Below, piece after piece: positions 9,355-17,634 of a stretch of DNA of 36,834 nt (the stretch's first letter is position 1; every line of letters begins with the position of its first letter). Position numbers and translations under genes: made by a program. A model generated the notes under the pieces. It searched no databases. It was not told the DNA's origin and saw nothing but the letters and a program-made list of their open reading frames with translations. Source of the stretch: Gemmatimonadales bacterium (GTDB lineage: Bacteria > Gemmatimonadota > Gemmatimonadetes > Gemmatimonadales > GWC2-71-9); the NCBI GenBank assembly GCA_050732955.1, contig JBOHRY010000387.1, forward strand, positions 1 through 36,834, read 5' to 3'.

Positions 9355-10533
9355 TCATTCATGGCGTTCACCCACGAGGCGCCGATGCATGGCGCGAAGC
9401 GATGCCTCGACCTCTGGATCGACAGCAACATCGCGGCGCGGCAGAATCCGTTTCGCCGTGGCGACGAATGGATCGACGGCGAGCCGGGTGTCGCCCTCTC
9501 CGCCCCACGAGAACGGCGGTACGTACTTCGGCGCGCGGACCGGCGTGAAGAGATTTGCCGCGGCGCCGATCACGGCACCGGTCGGCAGCAAGGTTCCGAT
9601 CGCGGTCTTGACGTGATCGCCGACGAGGGCCCCGAGGTTGGTGCGGTTGGTTTCGATGCGCTCCCCGCCGACATCGAGCCGGATCGGACCGTAGGTGTTC
9701 TTGAGATTCGAGGTGATGCTGCCGGCACCGAAGTTGACCCATTCTCCGATCACGGAGTGGCCCACGAAGCCGTCGTGTCCCTTGTTGGCGAAACCATTGA
9801 AGACGGTGGTGCTGATCTCGCCGTGCAACCGGCAACGGGGGCCGGCGCTGACGTGCCGTAACTCACCGCCAAGGATCCAGGTGCCTTCACCTGCCCAGAA
9901 CGGGCCTTCGATTCGCGTGCCGCTGCGCACCTGGACGCCGCGCTCCAGGATGATGGCGCCCTTGCGCGCGTCGAGGACGACTCCGGGCTCGACCTCGGCG
10001 CCGTGCAATCCGATCGCAGCCGGGTTGCCGAAGACGATGCTGCCGTCAGGAATCGCGGTCGTGGTCTCGCTCAGGGACTCGAGCGTGTCGGCAAAGAGCA
10101 TCTGCTCCAGCGCGGTCACCAGGTCGAACGCGCCCGCCAGCGGCCGGCCTTCCACTACCAGTCCGTCGCCCCGCTCGAACGGGCCCTCCCAGCGCTGACC
10201 GGCATCGAGTCGCCATGCGACCGATCGTCCGGCGTGCAGCAGCCGTCGCGCGCCGCCGACGGCTCGCATCGGCAGCTTGATCGCAAAGAGGGCATCTGCC
10301 ACCCACGCGGGACCGACGATTTCATTGCCGTCGATCAACGGCGGTCCGTGCACCTGGAAGTGACCGGCGGCGTGCGGCGCCACGACCCCGGCGGCTCGCG
10401 CGTTCAGGGCCCGCGCCCACCGTTCCCGCAGACGCCACATGCCGGCACGCAACTCGGAGAGCGGAGCGGCGCCGGCGAACGGCGCCCACGCTGGTCCCGG
10501 ATCGGTTGGCTCCAGCAGATAGAGGGCAGTCAT
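9355..10533 (-). CDS. Putative sugar nucleotidyltransferase-like protein with C-terminal left-handed beta-helix (hexapeptide repeat) domain
   Basis: 392 aa. The N-terminal domain is nucleotidyltransferase-like but lacks a GxGTR loop (LLEPTDPGPAWAPFAGAAPLSELRAGMWRLRERW). The C-terminal half has hexapeptide-repeat character (VEPGVVLDARKGAIILERGVQVRSGTRIEGP...IGEWVNFGAGSITSNLKN). One nt separates it from the upstream gene. Confidence 0.7.
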   Translation of the reverse strand: MTALYLLEPTDPGPAWAPFAGAAPLSELRAGMWRLRERWARALNARAAGVVAPHAAGHFQVHGPPLIDGNEIVGPAWVADALFAIKLPMRAVGGARRLLHAGRSVAWRLDAGQRWEGPFERGDGLVVEGRPLAGAFDLVTALEQMLFADTLESLSETTTAIPDGSIVFGNPAAIGLHGAEVEPGVVLDARKGAIILERGVQVRSGTRIEGPFWAGEGTWILGGELRHVSAGPRCRLHGEISTTVFNGFANKGHDGFVGHSVIGEWVNFGAGSITSNLKNTYGPIRLDVGGERIETNRTNLGALVGDHVKTAIGTLLPTGAVIGAAANLFTPVRAPKYVPPFSWGGEGDTRLAVDPFVATAKRILPRRDVAVDPEVEASLRAMHRRLVGERHE

Positions 10534-10534
10534 C

Positions 10535-11563
10535 TCATTCCAGCTCGCGCACGTCGGGCGGTAGCGCGTTCAACGTTCGCTTGAGGTCCGGAGCGCGGGC
10601 ACGGTCGAGCACCAGCGTTCGGGCGTTGGCGTGGACCACTACCAGGTCATGCACGCCGCTCAAGACCATCGGCGGGCCATCGTTCCAGACGATGCAGTCG
10701 CTGCAATCGACCAGGGTTACGGCGCCGTGGCTGACGTTGCCGCGACGATCGCGGGGCCGGACCCGGGCCAGCGCCTCCCAGGTGCCGATGTCGTCCCAGG
10801 CGAAGTCGCCCGCCACCACCGCCACCGCGTCGCTCCGTTCGAACAGTCCGACGTCGATCGATACTTCACGCACGTCGCGAAAAAAACCCGCGACGTCGCC
10901 GGCGTCGAGCAGTGGAAGGTAGGGCGCAATTTCGTTGGTGTGCAGCTCGACTTCACGCCGCAGGTCCGCGGCACACCAGGCGAAGAGTCCGCTGTTCCAC
11001 AGCGCGCCGTTGGCCATCAGGTCGAGCGCGCGAGCCGCATCGGGCTTTTCGACGAAACGTCCCACGGCGCGAGCAGCGGAATCCAGGCGCGCTCCCGGGA
11101 CGATGTATCCGAATCCGGTTTCCGGCCGCGATGGCACGATCCCCACGGTGACCAGCCGGCGGTGCCGCTGCGCGGTGCCGAGCGCGGTGGCAGCGCTGGC
11201 CACGAATGCGGCCGGGTCCCGGACAATCCAGTCGGCGTGCATCGAGATCACTGCAGCGTCAGGATCGCGACGCGCCGCTTCCAGTGTGGCCCACACCAGC
11301 GCGGGACCGGTCGACGCCGCGCGGGGTTCGACCAGGAAATTCTGGGCGGGAAGGGTGACATGCCGCTGGAGGGCCTGAGCGAGTCCCGCGCCTGACACGA
11401 CAAGGATTCGTTCGGGCGGGATGAATCCGGCGAGCCGGTCCACGGCGTCCTCGGCGCTCGATCGCGGCCCCGCCAGCGGCAGCAGCTGCTTGGGGCGCGA
11501 CGGCGATGAGAGCGGCCAGAACCGGGTGCCGCTGCCGCCAGCCAGGAGGATCGCCCACTGCAT
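10535..11563 (-). CDS. Mannose-1-phosphate guanylyltransferase-type nucleotidyltransferase (short form, no cupin domain)
   Basis: 342 aa. N-terminal MQWAILLAGGSGTRFWPLSSPSRPKQLL is the classic NDP-sugar pyrophosphorylase loop. GYIVPG and VEKPD motifs are typical of ManC/GMP enzymes. Confidence 0.82.
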   Translation of the reverse strand: MQWAILLAGGSGTRFWPLSSPSRPKQLLPLAGPRSSAEDAVDRLAGFIPPERILVVSGAGLAQALQRHVTLPAQNFLVEPRAASTGPALVWATLEAARRDPDAAVISMHADWIVRDPAAFVASAATALGTAQRHRRLVTVGIVPSRPETGFGYIVPGARLDSAARAVGRFVEKPDAARALDLMANGALWNSGLFAWCAADLRREVELHTNEIAPYLPLLDAGDVAGFFRDVREVSIDVGLFERSDAVAVVAGDFAWDDIGTWEALARVRPRDRRGNVSHGAVTLVDCSDCIVWNDGPPMVLSGVHDLVVVHANARTLVLDRARAPDLKRTLNALPPDVRELE

Positions 11564-11577
11564 CGATCAATGCCCCG

Positions 11578-11931
11578 TCAAAGCAGCGACACCAGAGCCG
11601 GGGCATGACGGCGGAGATCGTAAAGCAGATTGCCCAGGTCGCCGTCCCGCGCGGCCAGCACCAGCAGGATTCCGCCGGTTGGCAGCCGCTGCAGGACCAG
11701 CGCGCCGTGGCCGCCTTCGACGGCGAGTTGACTCCATGTTCCGGTTTGCGCGGCATCCGACAGGCCGCCGACATTCCGCGCGGCGCCAGTGGCGAGCGCC
11801 GCCAACGCTTCGGCATCGAGTCCTGCGGGAAGGCTCGCCTCGACTACCAGACCGTCGTCGCTGACCACCACTACTCCGGAGACATCGGGACGGTCGGAGA
11901 GGGCCATCAGTACAGATCGCAACGGCTGCAT
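11578..11931 (-). CDS. Roadblock/LC7 (MglB-like) domain protein
   Basis: 117 aa. Pattern L..L...PDVSGVVVVSDDGLVVEASLPAGLDAEALAALA...GALVLQRLPTGGILLVLAARDGDLGNL matches the Roadblock/LC7 alpha-beta-alpha fold family. Confidence 0.8.
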   Translation of the reverse strand: MQPLRSVLMALSDRPDVSGVVVVSDDGLVVEASLPAGLDAEALAALATGAARNVGGLSDAAQTGTWSQLAVEGGHGALVLQRLPTGGILLVLAARDGDLGNLLYDLRRHAPALVSLL

Positions 11932-11965
11932 CGAACCCGCTCCCGGATGGCATGAGGGTGGCGCG

Positions 11966-11995
11966 AAGCTAGGACGCCGGCAGCGGCGAAGTCAA
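11966..11995 (-). promoter_or_regulatory. Candidate sigma70-type promoter for the Roadblock operon (TTGACT, 18-nt spacer, TAGCTT on the minus strand)
   Basis: The reverse complement of 11990-11995 is TTGACT and of 11966-11971 is TAGCTT, with an 18-nt spacer. The -10 ends about 35 nt upstream of the ATG at 11931. Sequence match only. Confidence 0.3.
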
Positions 11996-12045
11996 GCAAC
12001 GACGCCGGGTTGCCGTGCCCCAGCGAGTGGTCTAACCTTCTCAGC

Positions 12046-12600
12046 ATGATCCGACGTTTGGCGCTTCTCGCGGGAATTTCGGCCACGGTGGCGTGCGGCG
12101 GCAACCAGCTGGCGCCCGCGCAGGCGAACAACACTGTCGACACGATCACCATGGGGGCGTTGAGCAGCGCTGCCCTGCAGTATCCGTCCGCCTTCGACAT
12201 CACCATCGGCCAGGCAATCCGGACCGACCAGACCTCGTCCTTCGACTTTCTCTACGACGTCGACTCGCTGGGACGACACGAGTTCTTCCCGCTGCATGCC
12301 ATCGCCGGACTCGGCAACCCGACGGGAAACAATCCGGGTTTCCTGCGCGAAACCACTACCACGTTTGATGAAATCACCGTCGCGCCCAGCGACCCGTATC
12401 AGACCACCGACACGCTGGTGATCGCTCCCGGCGACCTGTTCATCGCGCGGTCGCGTGCGGCGTGTTACCTCGGCGTCCCGCAGTATGCCAAGATTCAGGT
12501 GATCGACTTCGACGACGTCCTCCACACCGTTCGGCTCGAGGTACTCTCCGACACCAACTGCGGATACAAGAATCTGCAGCCTGGAACACCGACCAACTGA
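12046..12600 (+). CDS. Lipoprotein of unknown function
   Basis: ATG at 12046 gives MIRRLALLAGISATVAC with a lipobox. The rest is a coherent Thr/Asp/Phe-rich sequence. No family recognised. Confidence 0.65.
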   Translation: MIRRLALLAGISATVACGGNQLAPAQANNTVDTITMGALSSAALQYPSAFDITIGQAIRTDQTSSFDFLYDVDSLGRHEFFPLHAIAGLGNPTGNNPGFLRETTTTFDEITVAPSDPYQTTDTLVIAPGDLFIARSRAACYLGVPQYAKIQVIDFDDVLHTVRLEVLSDTNCGYKNLQPGTPTN

Positions 12601-12604
12601 ACCG

Positions 12605-13888
12605 ATGATCGACGTGCGGCGCGTTCGCCAGGACCCCGACGCGGCGCGGGCGGCCCTGGCGCGGCGCCTGGACCGCAGCGCGCTCGATCAGCTCGGCCTG
12701 GTGATCGATCTCGACCAGCGCCGGCGCGAAGTCGTCACGCGCGTGGAGCAGTTGCAGGCCCAGCGGAACACACAATCGGCGGAAGTGGCGCGACGCAAGC
12801 AGCAGCGCGAAGACGCCGCGGCGCTGCTCGGTGAACTCAAGCAATCCGCCGAGACGGTGCGGCAGCTCGAATCCGATCTTAAGGATGTCGAGGCGCTCCT
12901 CGACCTGCACCTGCTCAACGTCCCCAACTTCCTGCTCCCGTGTGTGCCCGATGGCGAGGCCTCCGCCAACCGCGTCGCGCGCACCTGGGGCACGCCACGC
13001 GAGTTCAGCTTCGTACCGCGACCGCACTGGGAAATCGGCGTTGACCTCGAACTCTTCGACTTGCCGCGCGGTGCGAAGATCACCGGCTCCGGATTTCCGC
13101 TCTTCACCGGGACCGGTGCGCGACTGGTGCGGGGGCTGGTCAACTTCTTCCTCGACCTGCACACTCGCGAGCACGGCTATCGCGAGATCCAGCCGCCGAT
13201 TCTGGTCAATCGCGCATCGCTGACCGGTACCGGCCAGCTCCCCAGGTTCGAGGACGACCTCTACCGCACCACGGGTGACGAGCTCTTCCTGATCCCGACG
13301 GCCGAAGTGCCGTTGACCAACATCTACCGCGACGAAATCCTCGATGCCGCCGTGTTGCCGGTGGCGCTGGTGGCGTACACCCCGTGTTTTCGTCGCGAAG
13401 CCGGCGCTCACGGGAAGGACACCCGAGGGCTGATCCGCGTCCACCAGTTCGACAAGGTGGAACTGGTGCGCCTGGTCCGGCCGGAAAACAGCGAAGCCGG
13501 GCACGCCCTGATCACATCGCACGCGGAGCGCGCGCTGCAGTTGCTCGAGCTGCCGTACCGGGTCGTCGAACTCGCGGCCGGCGACACCGGCTTTCACAGT
13601 GCCTGCACGGTTGACCTCGAGGTCTGGGCTCCGGGTGTGGGTGCGTGGCTGGAGGTCTCCAGCTCGAGCACCTTTACCGATTTCCAGGCCCGCCGCGCCG
13701 GCATTCGATTTCGCGCGTCCGCCGGCGCCAAACCGGAATTCGTGCACACGCTCAATGCGTCGGGCGTGGCCTTCCCGCGGACCATCGTCGCCCTGCTCGA
13801 GCATGGGCAGCAGGCCGACGGATCCGTCCTCTTGCCCGCGTCGCTGGTCCCCTATGTCGGGACCGATCGCCTCAGCCCGCGTTCGTAG
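12605..13888 (+). CDS. serS: Seryl-tRNA synthetase
   Basis: 427 aa. N-terminal coiled-coil arm (MIDVRRVRQDPDAARAAL...). Class II motifs: FRREAGAHGKDTRGLIRVHQFDKVE (motif 2) and the GSGFP/TLNASGVAFPRT region (motif 3). Confidence 0.97.
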   Translation: MIDVRRVRQDPDAARAALARRLDRSALDQLGLVIDLDQRRREVVTRVEQLQAQRNTQSAEVARRKQQREDAAALLGELKQSAETVRQLESDLKDVEALLDLHLLNVPNFLLPCVPDGEASANRVARTWGTPREFSFVPRPHWEIGVDLELFDLPRGAKITGSGFPLFTGTGARLVRGLVNFFLDLHTREHGYREIQPPILVNRASLTGTGQLPRFEDDLYRTTGDELFLIPTAEVPLTNIYRDEILDAAVLPVALVAYTPCFRREAGAHGKDTRGLIRVHQFDKVELVRLVRPENSEAGHALITSHAERALQLLELPYRVVELAAGDTGFHSACTVDLEVWAPGVGAWLEVSSSSTFTDFQARRAGIRFRASAGAKPEFVHTLNASGVAFPRTIVALLEHGQQADGSVLLPASLVPYVGTDRLSPRS

Positions 13889-15044
13889 CGAGCGGCTCGC
13901 CCGGCTCGCTCCGGCAGTGGCGGTGCTGCTTGTCGCCCTGCTGGCCGGCTTGAGCCTCGGGTCGAGCTGGCTCGTGGCGCGCCATCTGCGCAGCCAGGCG
14001 CTGACGGCGTCGGGTCTCTACGCGATCGCCTTCCGGGGCCTCGCGGATCCGGACCCCAACGCGGCGAACACCGCACTGCTCGACGTGGGCGCACGAATCC
14101 GCTCACTCGGCATGCCGTTGATTCTCACCGATGCCAAGGGCGTGGTGACGGATACCGCCAATCTTCCCTTCGCCGGAGCGCTGGGCGATCTACGCATGCG
14201 CCGGTACGTGTCGGATCTCGACGCGATGCATGCACCGATCGTCGTGGCCGGCAGCCGGAGCGTGGTGCACTACGGATCGATCCCGCAGAGCCGCATTCTC
14301 ACCGCGCTTGCCATCCTGCAGGCAGTCACCATCCTGATCATGGTGACGGTGGCGGGCGTGGCGTACCGCAACGCCACCACGGCGCAACGCGACCGCATGT
14401 GGGTCGCGATGGCGCGCGAAGCGGCGCACCAGATGGGCACTCCACTGACGTCGCTGCAGGGGTGGATCGAGCAGCTGCGCGCCGCGGGCCTTCCCCCGGC
14501 GAAGGTCGCGGAATTCCTCGACGCCGACGCCGAGCGGTTGCAACGGGTCGCGCAGCGGTTCGAGCGGATCGGTAACCCCGCGCGCCGCGATCCCGTGGCG
14601 CTGGGCGCGCTCGCCGAGCGAGTGGCTGGCTACTATCGATCCAGGCTTCCGAAACACGCCAACACCATCCGGCTCGAGGTGCGCGCCGCCAGTTCCGGCC
14701 CCGTCATTGCCGGCGATCCTGTCCTGCTGGAATGGGCGCTCGAGGCGATGGTCAAGAACGCCATCGACGCACTGCAGGGTCGCGGCGGACAGATCACGCT
14801 CGCCGTCGGCGCGGCCGGCGACGCCGCGTCGATCCGGGTCATCGACGACGGACCCGGCGTGCCGCGCGAGATCCGTCGGACGCTCTTCCAGCCCGGCGTG
14901 AGCACCAAACGCGGAGGCTGGGGAATCGGGCTGGCGCTGGCGCGTCGGGTGGTGGAAGATAATCATCAGGGAACGCTGTCGCTGGAACCGACATCGCGCG
15001 GCACCACATTCCTGATGCAATTCCCGCTGGCTGCTGCGGCATGA
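13854..15044 (+). CDS. Membrane sensor histidine kinase (orphan; no adjacent response regulator)
   Basis: Two TM segments flank a periplasmic domain of about 140 aa. H-box is AREAAHQMGTPLTSLQGW. HATPase_c has N-box VKNAIDAL, G1 DDGPGVP and G2 KRGGWGIGLALA. The start is uncertain: the ATG at 13854 overlaps serS by 35 nt, and the 13599 extension is not credible. Confidence 0.85.
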   Translation: MSGPIASARVRSERLARLAPAVAVLLVALLAGLSLGSSWLVARHLRSQALTASGLYAIAFRGLADPDPNAANTALLDVGARIRSLGMPLILTDAKGVVTDTANLPFAGALGDLRMRRYVSDLDAMHAPIVVAGSRSVVHYGSIPQSRILTALAILQAVTILIMVTVAGVAYRNATTAQRDRMWVAMAREAAHQMGTPLTSLQGWIEQLRAAGLPPAKVAEFLDADAERLQRVAQRFERIGNPARRDPVALGALAERVAGYYRSRLPKHANTIRLEVRAASSGPVIAGDPVLLEWALEAMVKNAIDALQGRGGQITLAVGAAGDAASIRVIDDGPGVPREIRRTLFQPGVSTKRGGWGIGLALARRVVEDNHQGTLSLEPTSRGTTFLMQFPLAAAA

Positions 15045-17338
15045 GTTCCGACTTCGACCTGCTCGGCGGGCTCAACCCGGCGCAGCGCGATGCGGCCGAA
15101 CACCTGCACGGCCCGATTCTCGTCATCGCCGGCGCTGGCTCGGGGAAGACTCGGGTCCTCACCGCCCGAATCGCGCACTTGATCGAGACGCATCGCGTGG
15201 CACCACAGCGGATCTTCGCCGTGACCTTCACCAACAAGGCGGCCGGCGAGATGAAGCGCCGGATCGGTGAATTGTTGTCGAGAGACCCGGGCGGGCTCTG
15301 GATCGGCACCTTCCACTCGCTCTCGGCCCGGTTGCTCCGGCGCGAAGCCACCCATCTCGGATTCTCGCGAGAGTTCACGATCTACGACGAGGATGACCGG
15401 CTGGGACTCATCCGGCGCATCATGGCGGAACAGGATCATCCCGTGCGGCTCTTTCCACCGCGGTTGATCCAGAACCTCGTCTCGGCCGCGAAGAACCGCA
15501 TGCAAACGGCCTCCGAACTTGAAGCGAGCGCGCCGAACGACGCGGCAACCCGGGTGGCGGCTGATGTCTACCATCGCATGCAGGCCGCACTCCTTCGCGC
15601 GAATGCCATGGACTTCGACGACCTCATGTTGCATCCGCTGGCGCTCTTCAATCAGCATCCCGACGTGCTGCAGCGGTGGCGCGAGCGATTCGACTTCCTC
15701 CTGGTGGACGAGTTCCAGGATACCAACCGCGCGCAGTATGAGTTGATCCGCCGGCTCGGCCAGGGCCACCGCAACGTCTTCGGCGTGGGCGATGAGGATC
15801 AGAGCATCTATGGGTGGCGCGGCGCCGACCTCCGCAACCTGCGCGACCTGCAGGTGGATTTCGGGACGGCGCGAGTGGTAAAGCTGGAGGAGAACTACCG
15901 CTCGACGCGTCCGATTCTCGACGCGGCCAACGCCGTGATTACCCACAACGCCGGCCGCATCGCCAAGACCTTGCGCACGCGCCGCCCCGGTGGCGAGTCG
16001 ATCGTCATGCTCGCGGCGGCCGATGAGCGGGACGAGGCCGAGTGGATCGCCGGCGAGCTCGGGCGCCGCATTTCAGGCGGAGCGGCGCCTGCCGAATGCG
16101 CCGTGCTCTACCGCACCAACGCACAATCGCGCGCGCTGGAAGAAGCGATGCGGCGCGCGGGCCTTCCCTACCAGATCATCGGCGCCATCTCGTTCTACGA
16201 TCGTCGCGAGGTCAAGGATCTGCTCGCGTACCTTCGCCTCATCGCCAACCCGCGCGACGACGAGGCGCTGGTTCGGGCGATCGCCATCCCGCGCCGGGGT
16301 GTCGGCGACGTGGCACTCGCGACGCTGGCCGAGCAGGCTCGTGCGTGGCAGGTGCCGCTTCTCGCCGCCGCCGCCCGCGCTGACACCATCGCCGCACTGC
16401 GTCCCAATCTCAAGACGGCGTTCACGGCGTTCGCGGCGCTGATCACCGCCCTCACCGAACGCGTCGGCGGCAAGCCACCCGTCGCCGTGATGGACGAGGT
16501 GGTACAAGCCATTCAGCTCGAGGCCACGCTCACGGCCGAGGGAGTCGAAGGAATCGAACGCTGGGAAAACGTCCGCGAGTTGATCGCGGCTGCGTCGGAG
16601 TGGTCGGAGATCATCGCCGACGAGGGCGATCCCGCGACGCCGCTGCAACGCTATCTCGCCGAGGCGGCACTCCTGTCGGCTGTCGACACCAGTGCCGGCC
16701 AGCCCGACGGCGTCACCTTGATGACACTGCACACCGCCAAGGGTCTCGAGTGGCCGATCGTCGCGATCGCAGGGGTGGAGGAGGGGTTGTTCCCATCCGG
16801 CCGCTCGCTTGAGCTCCCGGAGGGACTCGACGAGGAACGGCGGCTCTGCTACGTCGGCATCACGCGCGCGAAGGATGCGCTGATCCTCACCTGGGCCCGA
16901 GCCCGGCGCCGCGGTGGTGACCTCCGTCCCGGAATTCCGTCGCGTTTTCTCCGCGAACTTCCGCCCGAACTGGTTGATGAACGGCGGACATCTTACGCCG
17001 TCGGCTCGGTCAGCGGGTGGGGCGGGGGACGCGGATGGTCGGGCGGACGCGATACTCGCGGTGCTGCGCGGTCATATTCCGTTCCTCCGCCGCGCGATCG
17101 GGTCGGCCAATATTCCGCGCCGTCGTCGATCGATGCGGCCACCGAAAGCCAGGACGCTCCGCGTTACGTCAAGGGTGAACGCGTCCGGCACCGGCGATTC
17201 GGATCCGGAGCGATTCTCGGTCTCAGCGGCCTCGGCAAGGAACTCAAGGTGTCGGTGGCGTTCGACGATCCGGAGATCGGCACCAGGCAACTGCTTGTGG
17301 CGCTCGCGGGCCTCGAGCGCGATTGGGAGAGTGCATGA
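15041..17338 (+). CDS. uvrD: ATP-dependent DNA helicase, UvrD/PcrA type (SF1)
   Basis: 765 aa. Walker A AGAGSGKTRVL, motif II LVDEFQDTN, YRS, TLHTAKGLEWP, YVGITRAK, and a C-terminal Tudor-like tail (RVRHRRFGSGAILG). The ATG overlaps the kinase stop (ATGA). Confidence 0.95.
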   Translation: MSSDFDLLGGLNPAQRDAAEHLHGPILVIAGAGSGKTRVLTARIAHLIETHRVAPQRIFAVTFTNKAAGEMKRRIGELLSRDPGGLWIGTFHSLSARLLRREATHLGFSREFTIYDEDDRLGLIRRIMAEQDHPVRLFPPRLIQNLVSAAKNRMQTASELEASAPNDAATRVAADVYHRMQAALLRANAMDFDDLMLHPLALFNQHPDVLQRWRERFDFLLVDEFQDTNRAQYELIRRLGQGHRNVFGVGDEDQSIYGWRGADLRNLRDLQVDFGTARVVKLEENYRSTRPILDAANAVITHNAGRIAKTLRTRRPGGESIVMLAAADERDEAEWIAGELGRRISGGAAPAECAVLYRTNAQSRALEEAMRRAGLPYQIIGAISFYDRREVKDLLAYLRLIANPRDDEALVRAIAIPRRGVGDVALATLAEQARAWQVPLLAAAARADTIAALRPNLKTAFTAFAALITALTERVGGKPPVAVMDEVVQAIQLEATLTAEGVEGIERWENVRELIAAASEWSEIIADEGDPATPLQRYLAEAALLSAVDTSAGQPDGVTLMTLHTAKGLEWPIVAIAGVEEGLFPSGRSLELPEGLDEERRLCYVGITRAKDALILTWARARRRGGDLRPGIPSRFLRELPPELVDERRTSYAVGSVSGWGGGRGWSGGRDTRGAARSYSVPPPRDRVGQYSAPSSIDAATESQDAPRYVKGERVRHRRFGSGAILGLSGLGKELKVSVAFDDPEIGTRQLLVALAGLERDWESA

Positions 17339-17634
17339 AGATCGGACCTGACGACGTCAGGCATGTAGCCCGCTTGGCGGAGCTCGCCGTGGCCGATGCC
17401 GACCTCGTCGTGCTGGCGACCCAGCTTGAGGGGATTGTCAATTTCGTCGCGCAACTCGACGAGGTCGCCGTCGGCGGGCCGCCCGTGGCTGTCGTGATTG
17501 GCCCGCAGGCGACGCGACTCCGCGCCGACGCGGTCGACCCGGTGCCGCTCGATCGCGGCCCGGCGGAATTCGCGCCGGCATTTCATCACGGATTCTTCGT
17601 GGTGCCGCGCCTCGGCGGACTGGCCGACGAATGA
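17335..17634 (+). CDS. gatC: Asp-tRNA(Asn)/Glu-tRNA(Gln) amidotransferase subunit C
   Basis: 99 aa, MKIGPDDVRHVARLAELAV...ATQLEGIVNFVAQLDEV. ATGA overlap with the uvrD stop. Followed by gatA and gatB. Confidence 0.92.
   Translation: MKIGPDDVRHVARLAELAVADADLVVLATQLEGIVNFVAQLDEVAVGGPPVAVVIGPQATRLRADAVDPVPLDRGPAEFAPAFHHGFFVVPRLGGLADE

Noticed and set aside
13854-17338. A GHKL-type ATPase gene fused by overlap to a UvrD-like helicase, as a possible phage-defence module (Gabija-like or similar).
   Set aside because: The ATPase is an ordinary membrane histidine kinase with an H-box and two TM helices. The helicase is a full-length housekeeping UvrD/PcrA with all SF1 motifs and the usual C-terminal tail. 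The flanks are serS and gatCAB. There is no nuclease, no compositional break and no mobile-element signature.
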